DNA of 63,163 nucleotides, the filler included, from Neoconidiobolus thromboides FSU 785 (lineage: Eukaryota; Fungi; Entomophthoromycota): the NCBI GenBank assembly GCA_025603075.1. It is 10 parts of 10 records of this genome, joined end to end, with 100 filler letters (N's around TTAATTAATTAA, not from the genome) between each part and the next. Parts side by side here need not be neighbours in the genome. Positions count along the whole stretch, not along the records: positions 1 to 26,621 come from MU626506.1; 9 more parts are not named here. One strand, written 5' to 3'. This document shows, in pieces, positions 1-13,166 of the stretch. The notes under the pieces are model-generated. The model made no database searches. It saw only the letters and a program-made list of their open reading frames with translations, and was not told where the DNA came from. The first letter of the stretch is position 1. Each line of letters begins with the position of its first letter. The translations under genes and the position numbers were made by a program.

Positions 1-194
1 TGTAAACTCTTTTATACTCTGAAAAGTATAAATATCAAAATGAGAAGATAATATTCTTTGGGATGGAGCTAGAAATTCTCATAGCAAATCAAAATAAGAA
101 CGTGGAACTGATTTTCTCTGAACTTGAGAACACAACAGCTTAGGCGATTGTTATACTATAATTAACCATGGGACTGACAAAGCGATATTTCACA
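1..194 (+). mobile_element. Family A solo-LTR-like element, 3' part (cut by window start)
   Basis: Matches the 3' part of the copies at 55078-55542 and 62146-62574; ends in ATTTCACA. Confidence 0.85.
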
Positions 195-726
195 GTGATG
201 GATTTTAAATTAGTACTTTTTTCATTATATTTATTGTCAGTCAATGCTTATTTGATCGCTTGTGACAATGCAAATAACCTATTAAAATTTATTTTATTGA
301 CCTTATTCCTGGACACTGTGGTCTTAAAACACTTTAGTATTTATCATTTTCCATCCTTTAAGTTTGTTTGCCATTTTTATAGTTGATTGTATTTTAAGAT
401 AATAAGATAATTACATGCAAATATATTTATAAATATTTATAAATTTAAACTATAAAAAATATTAAATATTGCAATCTAGTTCATTCACTTTGACATTGGC
501 CTTCGATAAACAGTATATTAAAATATTAGATGGCAATTGTTTTTTAGTAGCTTTTTTTTAAAAAACTGTAATTTTAAATCCACAATCTATAATGTATAAC
601 AGCTCGATTACACAACGCTCAGATTACTGAGTAGCCTAATCCTTTGTAGAACCTAAAATTATACAAATTTGTTGTTTTTTTATTTTATTTTATTTTATTT
701 TATTTTTATTTCATTTTGCTTTATAT

Positions 727-825
727 AGGGATGTATTTTTGTGTCTAAGAATTTTACTAACTATTTTTCCGCTTAAATAGCGCTTAAAAAATGGAAAAAA
801 CAATGAAGTCAAAAAAAACACTCTC
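727..825 (+). mobile_element. Family B MITE (+ = orientation starting GGGGATGTATTTTTG)
   Basis: AGGGATGTATTTTTGTG...AAAAAAAACACTCTC, flanked by ATAT on both sides. Confidence 0.9.
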
Positions 826-1764
826 ATATGTTCATAATTTTTATTTATATTATTTGGTTTTTGTTCTACAACTTTATCGTTGAGTTAAAGCACTATCAAG
901 TTTAAAGAAGTGATAAGTTTTTTTAAAAATCGAATGGTAAACTGAAAACTGGATATAAATCAAAAGAACTAGACAACTTGATGGTATAATGTATCAGACA
1001 TAGCTAATTGAAACTATTATAACATTGTTATTTTAGCCCTTAGTTTGATAAATCATTTGAAAAATGGATCTACCATCTCAAAGTGCTATGAGGTTATTTT
1101 ATTAGCACTAAAGCTCACTAAAGCTCAAGGATTTAGAACAAATCAAATAAATAAACTAAGTATACACTAAATAAAATAATAAAAACTTCTATAAATATTA
1201 TATACGAAATAAACAACCCTAAAAATTTTATTGATTACTACTTTTAACATGCTGACCTCCTTTTTAAATACCTTGTTCTTTAGTCCATTAGTAACATTGT
1301 TTAAAATACATCAATTTAATTTAAAAATAATTGTAAAAATACTAAAAGTGAATAAAATAATAAAAATTGAATGTTCTAAATTTGAAATTCAACTTGTTTT
1401 TATTCTTTATTATATGCCTATAAAATTTAGTATTTAAAAAGCGAATATATAAAATGTTGAATATTTACTCTTGTTGAATACTCTCCTTGTTGAACCTATT
1501 TTTGTTTATTAATTAAATAGTTTTTAAAATGAATTTTAATTTAATTATGGCTATTGCTATGTCCATATTATCAACCAATGCTTACTTAATCGCTCGTGAT
1601 AACGTAGAGAAGCCACCTGAACCTACATCCACTAATAATAATCCTGGACATTGGCCCTAAAGTTTCATGATCTATCCTTTTCGGTATCAAAAACTATATT
1701 CTCTTTATTTTGTAATTGATACTCACCTTTAATAAAATTTATTGAATTGCAAAAAAAATCATAT

Positions 1765-1863
1765 GGGGATGTATTTTTGTGTCTAAGAATTTTACTAACT
1801 ATTTTTCCGCTTAAATAGCGCTTAAAAAATGGAAAAAATAATCAAGTTAAAAAAAACACTCCC
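1765..1863 (+). mobile_element. Family B MITE
   Basis: GGGGATGTATTTTTG...AAAAACACTCCC with ATAT/ATAT flanks; near-identical to 727-825. Confidence 0.92.
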
Positions 1864-2229
1864 ATATTTTATTAATCATTGTGTTGAACTTTGAATGAAA
1901 TAATTTAAATAGATAATGTAGTTAAATTGTCATCTTAAAAGTTCACTTACCGTTTTTTATACATCAAATATTTGTAGTAATGTTTACTAAATCAAAATAG
2001 TAGCTAAAATATTGTTAAAAGAATTAAATATTAGTAGATTGTTTATTCTAATAATCTAACTAGTTTAACTGAGTTATAATCTACTAAATACCACATCAAA
2101 GTATTAATCTATGACTATTTTTCAGTATAATATATATATAATACAAGCAAACAAATGGATATAAATAATATTTACTATCATTTTCAACTTCTGTTTTTTT
2201 AAAGTATTGGTTTATTTTGTTATATGAAT

Positions 2230-2324
2230 GGGAATGTATTTTTGTTTAAGAATTTACTTATAATCTTTCTGCTCAAATAACACTTAAAAATGGAAAAAGT
2301 GATAAAATCAAAAAAAAAATTCCC
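2230..2324 (+). mobile_element. Family B MITE
   Basis: GGGAATGTATTTTTG...AAAAATTCCC; flanks GAAT/AAAT. Confidence 0.85.
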
Positions 2325-2537
2325 AAATGTTTATATATCAACTATCAATATGAAACAAACCTAGAGAAATAAAATTTCCCCATAACATATTCCTTGACAA
2401 TAAATAACTCTCTACTTTATAATAAGATATATATATTAACTATTTCAAATATCCATTTATAATAATCAATGTTTAAAATAAACCATCAATATTTCATTTA
2501 TTATTTTATGAAAATAGCCTAAGAATTTCCACGATTT

Positions 2538-2635
2538 GGGGATGTTTTTTTTGGCTTCATTACTTTTCCACTTTTTAAGTGGTATTTGAGCAGAAAGATT
2601 GTTAGTGAAATTCTTAAACAAAAAAATACATCCCC
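2538..2635 (-). mobile_element. Family B MITE
   Basis: Reverse orientation; perfect 4-bp duplication ATTT/ATTT. Confidence 0.9.
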
Positions 2636-3549
2636 ATTTACAAAGGGAGACTATAAAACTCATAAACGAGGAGGTTATAAGAGATTGAAACGAGAATTTA
2701 GTATAAGCAATTTACATGTTATAGATAAAACAAGTAGAAAGGCCAATGCTACTTTAACCCTTCATCTCTAAGATATAGTCCAAATTTCAAAAATGTGCTT
2801 AGATAGGATTCCACTTTTTGTTAGTGATAGCTATTTTTATTGTTCTATCTGGGAAGTGGATAATTAAGCTAATGTTCAACTTTTTATGCATTTTACTTAT
2901 ATAATATGAATTGCTTTGATATAAAAAATATCCTTTTGACCCCTTTTAACCCCTTCATTTTACAAATTATATTACTTGTTTTTATACTTTAGCATTTGAA
3001 AATTCTTCTCACATTACTTGCAACTAGTTTTTTACTAAGTTAAATATTAAAAATTACTACTTTAAAATTTACAATAATTCGGTTTCTTTTTTTTAATTCT
3101 AGTTTTTTTTTCAAAATTAGTAGAAATAAAAGCAAGAGCATTTACTATAAACTAAACATTTTCTTGCTTATTACCCTTATATTAGATGAAACTTTAAACC
3201 CGATATTTGTATTTATGTTATAATCTTTTTAACAGCGAATCATAATAATATAGAATACAATTTATATCTACTTATAGATATGTGGACATTGGTCTTGAAG
3301 TTAAGTCAATAAATTACTAGCATTATTTTATCAAATTTAATAATTTTAATTACTGGGTTTATAAAATTTTACTGTAAGAAATTTCATTAAAGTTAGATTA
3401 AAAGTTAATTTAATAAGAATGTATTTAAAGTAATAAAAAATAAAATCGATTTTATTCCTTAACTTAATTTAATAACATTTGTTAAATTAAAACAATCATT
3501 TTTTTTAATGTTATAAATTTCTTTCTTTCTTTTAAGTTTCAATTAAGAA

Positions 3550-3631
3550 GGTGCTATGGCCGAGTGGTCTAAGGCGGCGCACTCAAGTTGCGCTCTCTTC
3601 GGAGGCGTGGGTTCGAATCCCATTGGCACTA
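3550..3631 (+). tRNA. tRNA-Leu(CAA), intronless, long variable arm
   Basis: Acceptor GGTGCTA/TGGCACT, A box TGGCCGAGTGG, anticodon stem GCGCA-CT-CAA-GT-TGCGC, T loop GGTTCGAATCC. Confidence 0.96.
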
Positions 3632-3806
3632 TACTTTTAATATATTCAAATACCACATTAAATTCTTGTTTTATTAGCTTTTTGTATCATTATAAAGTTT
3701 TTATTATTAAAATAATGTAATGTTGTTTTATAAATCAATAGTCTTTATTTATTATCAAATATTCAATTATATAAAACACTCAACATATCTTTTTTATTTC
3801 TTTACT

Positions 3807-5838
3807 TTAAGTAATAACAGTTGGTTCTTTTCTACCAGTAAATTCGGTTAATTTTGAAATTTGTAAAGCAGCTTCAATTAATGGTTTAAGAGCTTCTGGA
3901 GCTTCTTGTTCTGCTTTAATAGCGTCAGCTTCATATTTTTCAACATACATACGAATAGTAGCACCACTAGAACCAGTACCTGATAATCTAAAAATAACTC
4001 GACTACCACATTCAAAGATAAATCTCAAACCCTATTAATATTAATGTTAATATTTTATTTTATCATATTATATTAACAATAGTTATAAACTTACTTGATT
4101 TTTTGAAATAGAATGATCAATTGGGTCAGTATATTCAAAATTGTCTGTTTTCTTTACAGTGAATACATTGAATTTTTGACCAATAAATTCATTCTTATTA
4201 ATCTTCTCTAATAAATAATCCATCATATTCTTAGCTTTAACAGAATCTACTTCTTCATAATCATATCTTGAAAAATAATTACGACCAAATTGTTGATAAT
4301 GTTTACTTAATATCTTCTTAATAGTAATTGTATTATCAATTTCATTAATACCAGCTAATATATTTAACCAAGCTAAAATAGCCCATAATCCATCTTTTTC
4401 TCGAATATGATTACTACCTGTACCAAAGGACTCTTCACCACAAATTGATAATTTATTAGCATCCATCAAATTACCAAAAAACTTCCATCCAGTAGGTACT
4501 TCATAACATGTATATTTTAATCCTTCAGCAACTCGATCTAAAGCAGTAGATGTAGGCATTGAACGGGCTAATCCAGTAATTGGATTTTTCTTGAAGTAAG
4601 GAATAAACTTTGAATTAGCTGCAATAATAGCTACGGAATCAGATGGATTAACGAATGCATCATAAGCCAAGATCATATTACGATCCCCATCCCCATCGGA
4701 AGCAGCTCCAAAAGAAATTTGATTTTGGTTTACTTTTTCAACTAGTTCATGAGCATAAGTCAAATTAGGGTCTGGATGACCATTATTAAAAGTAGGAGAT
4801 GGAACACAATTCATTATTGAATTTGATGATAAATTTAATTCTTTAATAAATAAACGTTGAGCATATTCTCCGGTTACTCCATGCATACCATCAAACAAAA
4901 ATTTAAAATCAGATCTAGTTGAAATAAAATTTTGAATTAATTTGAAATCAAAGATTTCTTTCATTAATTGAACATAATCTTCAATAGAATCAATAACTTC
5001 AATAATAAAATTATTATATTCAATAGTTCCTATTTTAGAAATATCAACCTATAATCAAAAATGTATTATTATATATTATTATATATTATTATATAACTTA
5101 CATCTTGAATATCAGCTAATGAATATTCTTTAATAATTTTAGTATACTCATAAATTTTATCAGTAATTGATTCAGGAGCAGGTCCTATTATAAAATAAAT
5201 ATAAAATATAGATAAACATATGAGTTAATAATTATTATGATATTCTATTTTACCTCCATTAGATACATTATATTTAATACCAAAATCATTTTCTGGACCT
5301 AATTAATTAAAAGTATTAATTAGATTGTATATTATTATGTATCATGTATTATTTACCTCCTGGATTATGAGATGCAGTTAATAAAATACCACCTAATAAA
5401 AAATAAATAACTTTAACTATGAATACATAAGTAATTTCTTACCATCAGCCTTGAGTTTACGAATTAGATTAGAAGCAGCAGGAGTAGATAAAATCCCATT
5501 TTGACCAATAATTAATTTGGCTACCTAACAATAAAATATTATTAAGCAATTTTATTTCAATTATTATTCCATTCTGATTTTATATAACTTACTCCATTAC
5601 CAGCTGCAATTTTAATAATCTTTTGAACAGCTTCTTCAGAAAAATATCTTCCATCTCCACCAACAACAAGGGTTTTTCCTTGACATCCATTAGGAATAGC
5701 TTGTAAGGTAGCTTGAATAAAATTCTCGGTATAATGTTGTTGGGAAAATACAGCTACTTTTTTACGTAATCCAGAAGTGCCTGGTTTTTGACCATCAAAA
5801 ATAGTCGTAGGAATTTGTTGAATTGTAAAAGTACTCAT
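3807..5838 (-). CDS. PGM1: Phosphoglucomutase, multi-exon
   Basis: N-terminus [13 protein letters not shown] and VVGGDGRY; metal loop SDGDGDRN; [18 protein letters not shown]; C-terminus [16 protein letters not shown]...EPTVIT; short introns join the ORF pieces. Confidence 0.96.
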
Positions 5839-6265
5839 TTTATTGTTATTTTGAAATGAAATAAAGGTTGTTCAAGAGTAACTAAATGTATTTATAGTTT
5901 TATTATTGAGGTTAATTAATTATTCGCTTATTATTATTTGTACAATTTATCCATGAAATTTTATTAGTCGATTTCTTATCAAATCAGAATTCTAAAAATC
6001 AAGTAGCTTTAAATTCTATCGTTTTAATTGGTTCAATATAAAGTTCTAAAAAATGAAAAAAGAATTGGTGGCAAAATTTTAAGTTTATTCATACGTCATC
6101 TTACAAAATCAAATATTTGTAGAAATAATAATAATATTGCATAATAAATATAGCTCTCAATTATTATAATAAATACAATGATTATAAAATAAAACAATTT
6201 ATACTTTGTATTTTATAACTTATAACTCATAACTCATCAAATTAGTATTTTATTCGTTTATTTAT

Positions 6266-7536
6266 TTAATACTTATAAAACCCTCTACCTGATTTTTTAC
6301 CTAACCATCCAGCATCCACATAAGTTCTTAATAAAGTAGCTGGACGATATTTAGAATCTCCAAATTGATGATGTAATACATTCATAATAGCTAAACAAGT
6401 ATCTAATCCAATAAAATCAGCTAATGTTAATGGTCCCATTGGATGATTAGTCCCTAATTTCATTGTAGTATCAATATCTTCTTTGGTAGCAACACCCTAA
6501 AAAGAGAAAGAAAAGTAGAGTTAATATGTATTCAAAGGAGAAAAAGAGAAATGGAATTACTTCTTGTAATGTAAAAATAGCTTCATTAATAAATGGCATT
6601 AATAAACGATTGGCAATGAATCCAGGACTATCCTGGGATATGGTGGTGGTTTTACCTAAAAGAATGAAATTAATCATTACTATGTTAATATTAATATAGA
6701 ATCTATTATTTACCCATAACTTTTGATAATTCTAAAGTAGTATTTAAAGTGTGAGTAGAAGTAGCTAATCCAGATATAATTTCAACTAATTTCATAACAG
6801 GTACTGGATTCATAAAATGCATACCAATGACCTATCAAAATAAAAGATAAAAAATATTATTAATACTATAGTAAATTAACTTACGTTCTCAGGTCGTTTA
6901 GTTGAAGCAGCAATTTTAGTAATTGGAATAGAAGAAGTATTACTAGCTAATATTGCTTTTTTTTCAAGGATTTGATCCAATTTTTTAAAAATATCTTGTT
7001 TTACACTTAAGTTTTCTACTACTGCTTCAACAACAAATTTTGATTCTCCTAGTCCTTCAATATCTTTTACTTTTTCAATTTTACTTAACACTAAATCTCT
7101 TTGTTCTGTTGAAATCTTATTTTTGGATACATCTTTTTCTAATAATTTGACTAAGAAGTTATAACCTTTTTCTAAACTTTGAGGATTATTGTCGTAGAAC
7201 TGTACTTTTTTAATAGTGTCAACCTTGGCCGCGACTAATCCGATTCCAATGCCCATTTGACCTGAGCCAACTACTGAAAAAGTATTGATTTCATTTAAAG
7301 TTAAGGAGTTAGACTAAGAATTGAGAAAGATGAATTAATTAAAAGTTGTAACAAAAGGGAATAATAAAAAGGGGATAATATACTTACTACTTCACTACTT
7401 AATAGTTTAGATTTAGTATGGAATTTTGAAGTTGAAATCTAATTTTAATTATAAATAAATATTATAAAAGTTTATTGTTATACTAATTTACTCTTATTGA
7501 TTGAATATTTTTCAAACTAGATTTTAATAATTGCAT
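6266..7536 (-). CDS. 3-hydroxyacyl-CoA (3-hydroxybutyryl-CoA) dehydrogenase, probably mitochondrial, multi-exon
   Basis: [11 protein letters not shown] Rossmann motif, [59 protein letters not shown]. Start at 7536 ([15 protein letters not shown]) was inferred by eye. Confidence 0.9.
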
Positions 7537-7706
7537 TTTATCTTTAATTCAGAAAAAAATAAAATTCATTGATTTTGATTTTTGATATTTATTTTCGACT
7601 AATTACATACTAGTTTTTTATTGGTTAAGTTTTTAAGATTAAAGTTGACTTTTTTAGTTGATTATTTATAAATTATTAAGACAATTTAAATGAAAATAAT
7701 AATACT

Positions 7707-7805
7707 GGGATTGTTTTTTTTGACTTCATTGTTTTTTCCATTTTTTAAGCGCTATTTAAGCAGAAAATTTGTTAGTAAAATTCTTAGACACAAAAATACA
7801 TCCCC
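7707..7805 (-). mobile_element. Family B MITE
   Basis: GGGATTGTTTTTTTTGACTTC...AAAAATACATCCCC. Confidence 0.9.
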
Positions 7806-7998
7806 ACTAGTAATATATTTACTAAGTAGATACAACTAATTGATCAGTTTTAGTTAATAAAATATTAGAAACTCTAATTTTAAGTTTAAATCTAACTACT
7901 GTAAAGTTCTAGCCCAAATTGAATGCTTTTAATCTCATTTTTGTTTCCTCATTTCATTTTTTTAACAAAGAATCTAAATATAAAATAATATTTTACTA

Positions 7999-8038
7999 AA
8001 ATATAAATATAAATATAAATATAAATATAAATATAAAT
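7999..8038. repeat. (AAATAT)n microsatellite, about 6.5 units
   Basis: Read directly from the sequence. Confidence 0.85.
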
Positions 8039-8228
8039 TGGAATTAAAAAATTTATTCATGACAAAGTTATTTATTTATCAATAATTTTTTAATATGTAT
8101 TATATAATTAAATCACTTACAATGATAATAATGTTTATAATAATAATTTAATAAAAATTTCCAATTGACATGACTTTTTGCCAATATAACATACATATCG
8201 GTATTAATCAAAGTTGTAATAAGTAAAT

Positions 8229-8630
8229 AAATACATATTTCTATAAAACTTTATTGAGAAATATTCGTCATTAACTGCTTTATGACCAATATTGAAGATT
8301 TATTATCAAATAAACAAATGAATTTAATATTATAGTTACATTGTTAATATATTACTAATAGACAGCTGCATAAGAGGGAATGGTTAGCCCTAAAGCTATA
8401 ATTAATTATCCTTATACAATACAAGTGATGTAATAGTTTTTATTTACTTTTATAACTATTTGCTTTTTGATTACTTATTAACTCAGCTATCAACAATTCA
8501 AATAATGGGGCTGTTTTTTTTAGTTTCATTATTTTTCCATTTTTTAAGCGCTATTTATGTGGAAAAATTGTCAGTAAAATTCTTAAATACAAAAATACAT
8601 CCCCTAATATTAACATTTAATAATTGATTT
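8229..8630 (-). mobile_element. Sola2-like transposon remnant (3' region) with nested MITE
   Basis: Reverse-complement homology to about 57215-57500; homology resumes after the MITE (TAATATTAACATTTAATAATTGATTT, as at 33788). Confidence 0.8.
8507..8604 (-). mobile_element. Family B MITE
   Basis: Perfect TAAT/TAAT duplication; the empty site with a single TAAT is in the homologous copy at about 33790. Confidence 0.93.
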
Positions 8631-9094
8631 TTTGAGATCTGGTATTCAGTAATTGATATCAATAAAAGTTATTGCCTAATTGACTATACTGTAAATCGAA
8701 AGGTGTTAGTTTATGTGGCTAATATAGACTTGAATTGTGAAGAATAGGATGTAATAGGCTATGAACTATATAAGACAAATAGAATAGACCATACTGGTAT
8801 AAAATCTACGTAAAATACTATTAAGAAAATTTAATAGCTTTATTAAATGTACGAGATATCAGGGAATAGTTCAGTTAAAAAGCCTCGAACTGCTGTTTTA
8901 GAATCTCTTTTATACTCCGATAAGCATAGATATCAAAACGAGAGGATAATATCCTTTGAGATGAAGATAAAAATTCTCATAGCAAATCAAGATAAGAGCA
9001 TGGGACTAATTGTCTCTAAAATCGAGAACACAACAGCTTAGGCGATTGTTATGCTATAATTAACCATGGGACTCTGATAAAGCGATATTTCACA
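8631..9094 (+). mobile_element. Family A solo-LTR-like element, full length (464 bp)
   Basis: Degenerate start TTTGAGATCT, end ATTTCACA; central part near-identical to the 26248-26621 copy. Confidence 0.85.
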
Positions 9095-9335
9095 GTAATC
9101 TAAATCTTTTCTTATGACAACAATTACTTAGTTTATGTATGTTTTGTTAAAAAATAAATAATTCTATAAAGAATATATATCACAATATTATTAAAAAGCT
9201 TTCATTTTCTTTAAATATTAATATTAATATATTAAATGTCTGTAGTTTAAGTCACAAAACTAAGTTACAAATTTTATGTAAGGAATTTTACTAATTTTAT
9301 ATAAAAAATTATTTAGATAGAACATAAAAGTAAAT

Positions 9336-9434
9336 GGGAGTGTTTTTTTCGACTTCATTATTTTTTCCCTTTTTTAAACGCTATTTAAGCGGAAAATTTG
9401 TTAGTAAAATTCTTAAATACAAAAATACATCACC
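9336..9434 (-). mobile_element. Family B MITE
   Basis: GGGAGTGTTTTTTTCGACTTC...AAAAATACATCACC; abuts a truncated ORF. Confidence 0.9.
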
Positions 9435-9677
9435 ATATGTTTCCCATTCCACAATATTATCTACTGATTTAAACTCGTTTTTTAAATCCAATGTAGACAA
9501 TTTTTCATTTGATTTGATTCCGTTTACATTTGGCAAATATATTCTTTCATCTAAATAGTACGCTTTATCTTCAATTATAGTGCAGCCACCAAATTGTACT
9601 CTTGGTAAAAAAGCTGCAGCTTTATTAAGTAAAAAAATGGCAAGTAATAGTAGAACAAGCATCAAAAAAGATATCAA
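9435..9677 (-). pseudogene. 5' fragment of a secreted, possibly kelch-like protein, truncated by a MITE
   Basis: Hydrophobic signal-like N-terminus, then GGCTIIEDKAYY...LSTLDLKNEF...W; the frame runs into MITE sequence at WETYGD. Confidence 0.5.
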
Positions 9678-9784
9678 ATAGTTGTTATTTGATTCAAAGA
9701 TATATCATATTTGTAAAAACTTTCTTTTTAAACCAATCATAAATAACAACAATAGATATATCTTAATAATATAAATTAAAATTC

Positions 9785-9871
9785 GGAGATGCTCTTTGGT
9801 TTCATTAATTTTCCATTTTTGAGTACTATTTAAGTGGAATTAGTAATTTTAAACAAAAGAAATACATTCCC
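9785..9871 (-). mobile_element. Family B MITE, degenerate
   Basis: TTCATTAATTTTCCATTTTTGAGTACTATTTAAGTGGAA...AAATACATTCCC; a further end fragment at about 9897-9942. Confidence 0.7.
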
Positions 9872-11211
9872 ATTTACTTGTTTTCAATTCTAGATATGAG
9901 AGTGTTTTTTTAGCAATCGCCCTTTTTTGCTATTTTTAAGCCTTAAAAATTAACTGGTCAATTAAAATACTCAAATTTGAACCAAAAGGGATTTTATAGA
10001 GGATTTTTCGAAGTCACTATGCATTTTCGTTTTTTTGAAATAACAAAGGGTAATTGATAAAAGACATTCCCATATAGAACGTCTTTCTTTATATGACTGT
10101 TTTTTATTTTTAAGCTTAGAATTTGAGCAAATCACCAAACTATTAAATTGAAATGCATCCCCATTTATTATCATCTTCCTTTTGCGAGGTTTATATGCCA
10201 AGCATTTGATTAGCTACGATAAAAGCCAGGTACTTAGGGCAGTCAACTTGTCAGAGTAGCCAACTATTAAGCTCTTTCCAGAAGAAATTGAATTGAGCCA
10301 AATGACTTCTATCAAATGTGGAAGTAAAAAACAAAGTAAGATCCAATTTACTTCTGCTTTTCATAGGGCTTCCCTTTGAGAGGTAAGAGAGGATAGAGTT
10401 GGAATTTATATGTATTTGTTGTTGACTTGAGTGATTTTTCTAATAATGGCTAAATTAAATTCTAAACTTATTAAAAAACTGTTTCTATATCACAAATTTT
10501 GACAATTATGATTTTTTTTATATGCTATAAAATAATAGAAAATGTTAAGTGTTTAAAAATAATATTTCTAGAGAATGCCGTCTACATTGTCACTGACTGA
10601 TATTTAAATAAGTTAGTTAGAGAGTATACAAAAACAAGATTAGCTTGAAATTCTTTTTTTAAATCATTGGTTGATGAGAATTAACTTATTTGGGTAATAG
10701 GTGTTTATATACTTATTTCAAAACCTGGATTGTATAGCCATTTCAACTCTAAATTACACAGTTGTTATGGTGATATCAAGCATATGTGCTCAATATAAAA
10801 GGTGGGCGCGCTGTATCATTTTAATGTACCTCTAATTTATTTGGAGCTAATGAAAGTAAATTTTTCTGATCAAATCTCAACTTGTAAGGATAATAATGAC
10901 CAAAAGGTATTAGAAATATGAATCATCCAGAGATAGTAGTTATATGACTTCACTAAAAAGTTGATAGGACAAAATTATCCTTAGATCCTTAAATTTTTTT
11001 ATTTAGCTTATAACCATATTATATTTTGGAACCTTAAAGCTTAATCTACCCAAGTAAAACATCAAGCTACTTTATATCTCTATTAGTAATATTTCTCGAT
11101 TTCTAAAATATTGAGTATCAGCACAATTTCAAACTTTGCTTTTTAATTGGTCACATTCAAATGTTACATTTATTTCCAAATAAAATTAAAAATTCTAAAG
11201 TGAAACCAATA

Positions 11212-11760
11212 ATGAGTAATAAAAAATACCATCCTGAAATCGAATTCATAGATCCAAAGCAGTTAGCTGAGGATATCCTGAACGACAAATTGCGCGTAAA
11301 GTAAGGATAACAATGAAGATTATTCAAATTAATTGACTGAATTCATTATAGTGATGATATAGCTATTGTTGATGTAAGAGATAATGACTTTGTGGTAAGG
11401 ATTAGTATAAGATAGAGCTCAGCAAAATTAAGTATTTGATTATAGGGGGGGAACGTTACTGGAGTTATCAATTCACCAAGTAAAAAATATGAAGATGAAA
11501 AGCAAGAATTATATAACAGAGTTAAGGATAAAAAAAGAGTGATATTTTATTGTGGCTCTTCTACTGGAAGAGGGCCTAGAATCGCAGGTTTTTATAAAGA
11601 CTTTCTAAATCAAAGGCAAAAAGAGGACGACTTTGATGGAAACAAAGATCAAAAAGTAGAGGTATTGAGCTATGGCTTCAAGGCCTGGTATCCACTTTAT
11701 AAAGATGAAACTAAGCTGGTTGAAAATTTCGATCCTTTAATTTGGGATAAAAATGAATAA
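11212..11760 (+). CDS. Cdc25-like rhodanese-fold phosphatase / arsenate reductase (Ibp1/Ych1/Acr2 type), 3 exons
   Basis: Spliced reading MSNKKYHPEIEFIDPKQL...IAIVDVRDNDFVGGNVTG...VIFYCGSSTGRGPR, with an intact CX5R loop. Confidence 0.85.
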
Positions 11761-11800
11761 ACTTAGGGAGATGTTATAATTTATTTTAATTTTTTTATTA

Positions 11801-12677
11801 TTAAAACTCCCAATAATAGAAGTTATTACAACTAGAACTTTTTATATTAGTTGAAATCATTATACTTTTATCTAGCATATACTCATTTGATGGTAAGTTA
11901 AGTTTTGAATTTTGCTTGACTAAAGTTCTAAAATCAATGGTATACAAAGGCGAATAGACACACATGGTATGATACTCGCCAAATTCTCCTAACAAATTAA
12001 GACCAGAATCGCTCTCTTTTAACAACTCATAACTTAATAATTTACCAATCCATTTTTCTCCATCCTTTATTTTAGTTTTATTGATACAAGTTATATATAC
12101 TTGAAATTTAGCTTCAAATAATTCATCTAGTATAACTTCACTATCTAAGCCCCATAAAGGTCGTAGGAGCTCCGCTCCTGTTCCATCAACTGCTCGCTCC
12201 ATAAAATCACTACATACTGGCAATACATCTCCTGAAATAAAAGTAAGTGAGTTATTGTTATTACATTGGTTATATTGTAAGTTACCAGTAACTAAATATT
12301 TAATATTATATTCCTTATTTAACTCTTTTATCCCATGTTGATATGACTCTAAATAACTTGGGATTTCATTGATTTGGACGATCTTGTGTGGAATACTTAA
12401 GGCCTTTGCTTGTAATCGGATTAGTTCTAAATTATGTGCCAGAAAGGGCGACTTTTGGGCTATTTGAAAGTTTGTTGTCAGAATTTACCACCATAGCTTT
12501 TGGTCTATTTACCTGGAATGAAGGTAACTAAAATTACTACGTCATACTGTGGATCTTAAATAGAGTTGTTATTGAAGTTTGATTCAAAGTTGATAATACT
12601 TTACCTTGTTTCATTTTAAATAGCACTAGATTGCTGTCTTTACCACCAGAGTAGGATACGGCCACTTTAATTACCAT
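11801..12677 (-). CDS. PP-loop ATPase of the diphthine-ammonia ligase (Dph6/DUF71) family, short form, multi-exon
   Basis: MVIKVAVSYSGGKDS PP-loop; FLAHNLELIRLQAKALSIPH; LLRPLW; NLLGEFGEYHT. Confidence 0.8.
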
Positions 12678-13166
12678 TGTTTATAAGAAATGCTTTTACT
12701 ATATGCTTTGTTTAAATTGACTTAGTTTGTAACAAATAGAATCAAGTAGCCAATAACATTCATTAGAAGATAAAAGATAATGATAAGAATTAGTAAACTA
12801 TAAAATGATAGTGAATGGTACAATAGAGTAGAACAACAAAAATTTTAAAGCTATTTTATTCTATAAAGGTTAGGATGGATTTAAATAAAGGATGATAGCG
12901 ATAAATAATCCTTATATAAATAGGAGTCTATTTTCACGTCCGAAATTTTCGACCCCAAAATAAGGATTATTTCAATAAAAGTGAGTCAACTTCCGAAGTG
13001 AACCAATGGCCAAAATGGGGTCATATTATGGCCAATAAAACTCATCAGAACCCATTAAAAATACGTCCTCTATCAAAAAAGATTAGGAATAAAAATTGAA
13101 TCCCTTAAAAACTCAAACTCAAAAGTCAACTTTGGTTTTTTTCAAAAAAATTAAGATAAAGTTAAA

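Noticed and set aside
1560-1680. Minus-strand peptide LLLVDVGSGG resembling a methyltransferase motif I
   Set aside because: Very short, bounded by stops, with no supporting exons.
2466-2771. Short ORFs overlapping MITEs (also 9334, 53086, 60023 and the start of 55655)
   Set aside because: They are translations of the family B repeat.
300-3300. Recurring GACATTGGYC motif (about 492, 1648, 3286)
   Set aside because: Most simply reverse CCAAT boxes or chance; flanks are not homologous.
8847-9041. ORF MYEISGNSSVKKPRT..., repeated at 26464
   Set aside because: Lies inside family A; the frame is not conserved in other copies and has no recognisable domain.
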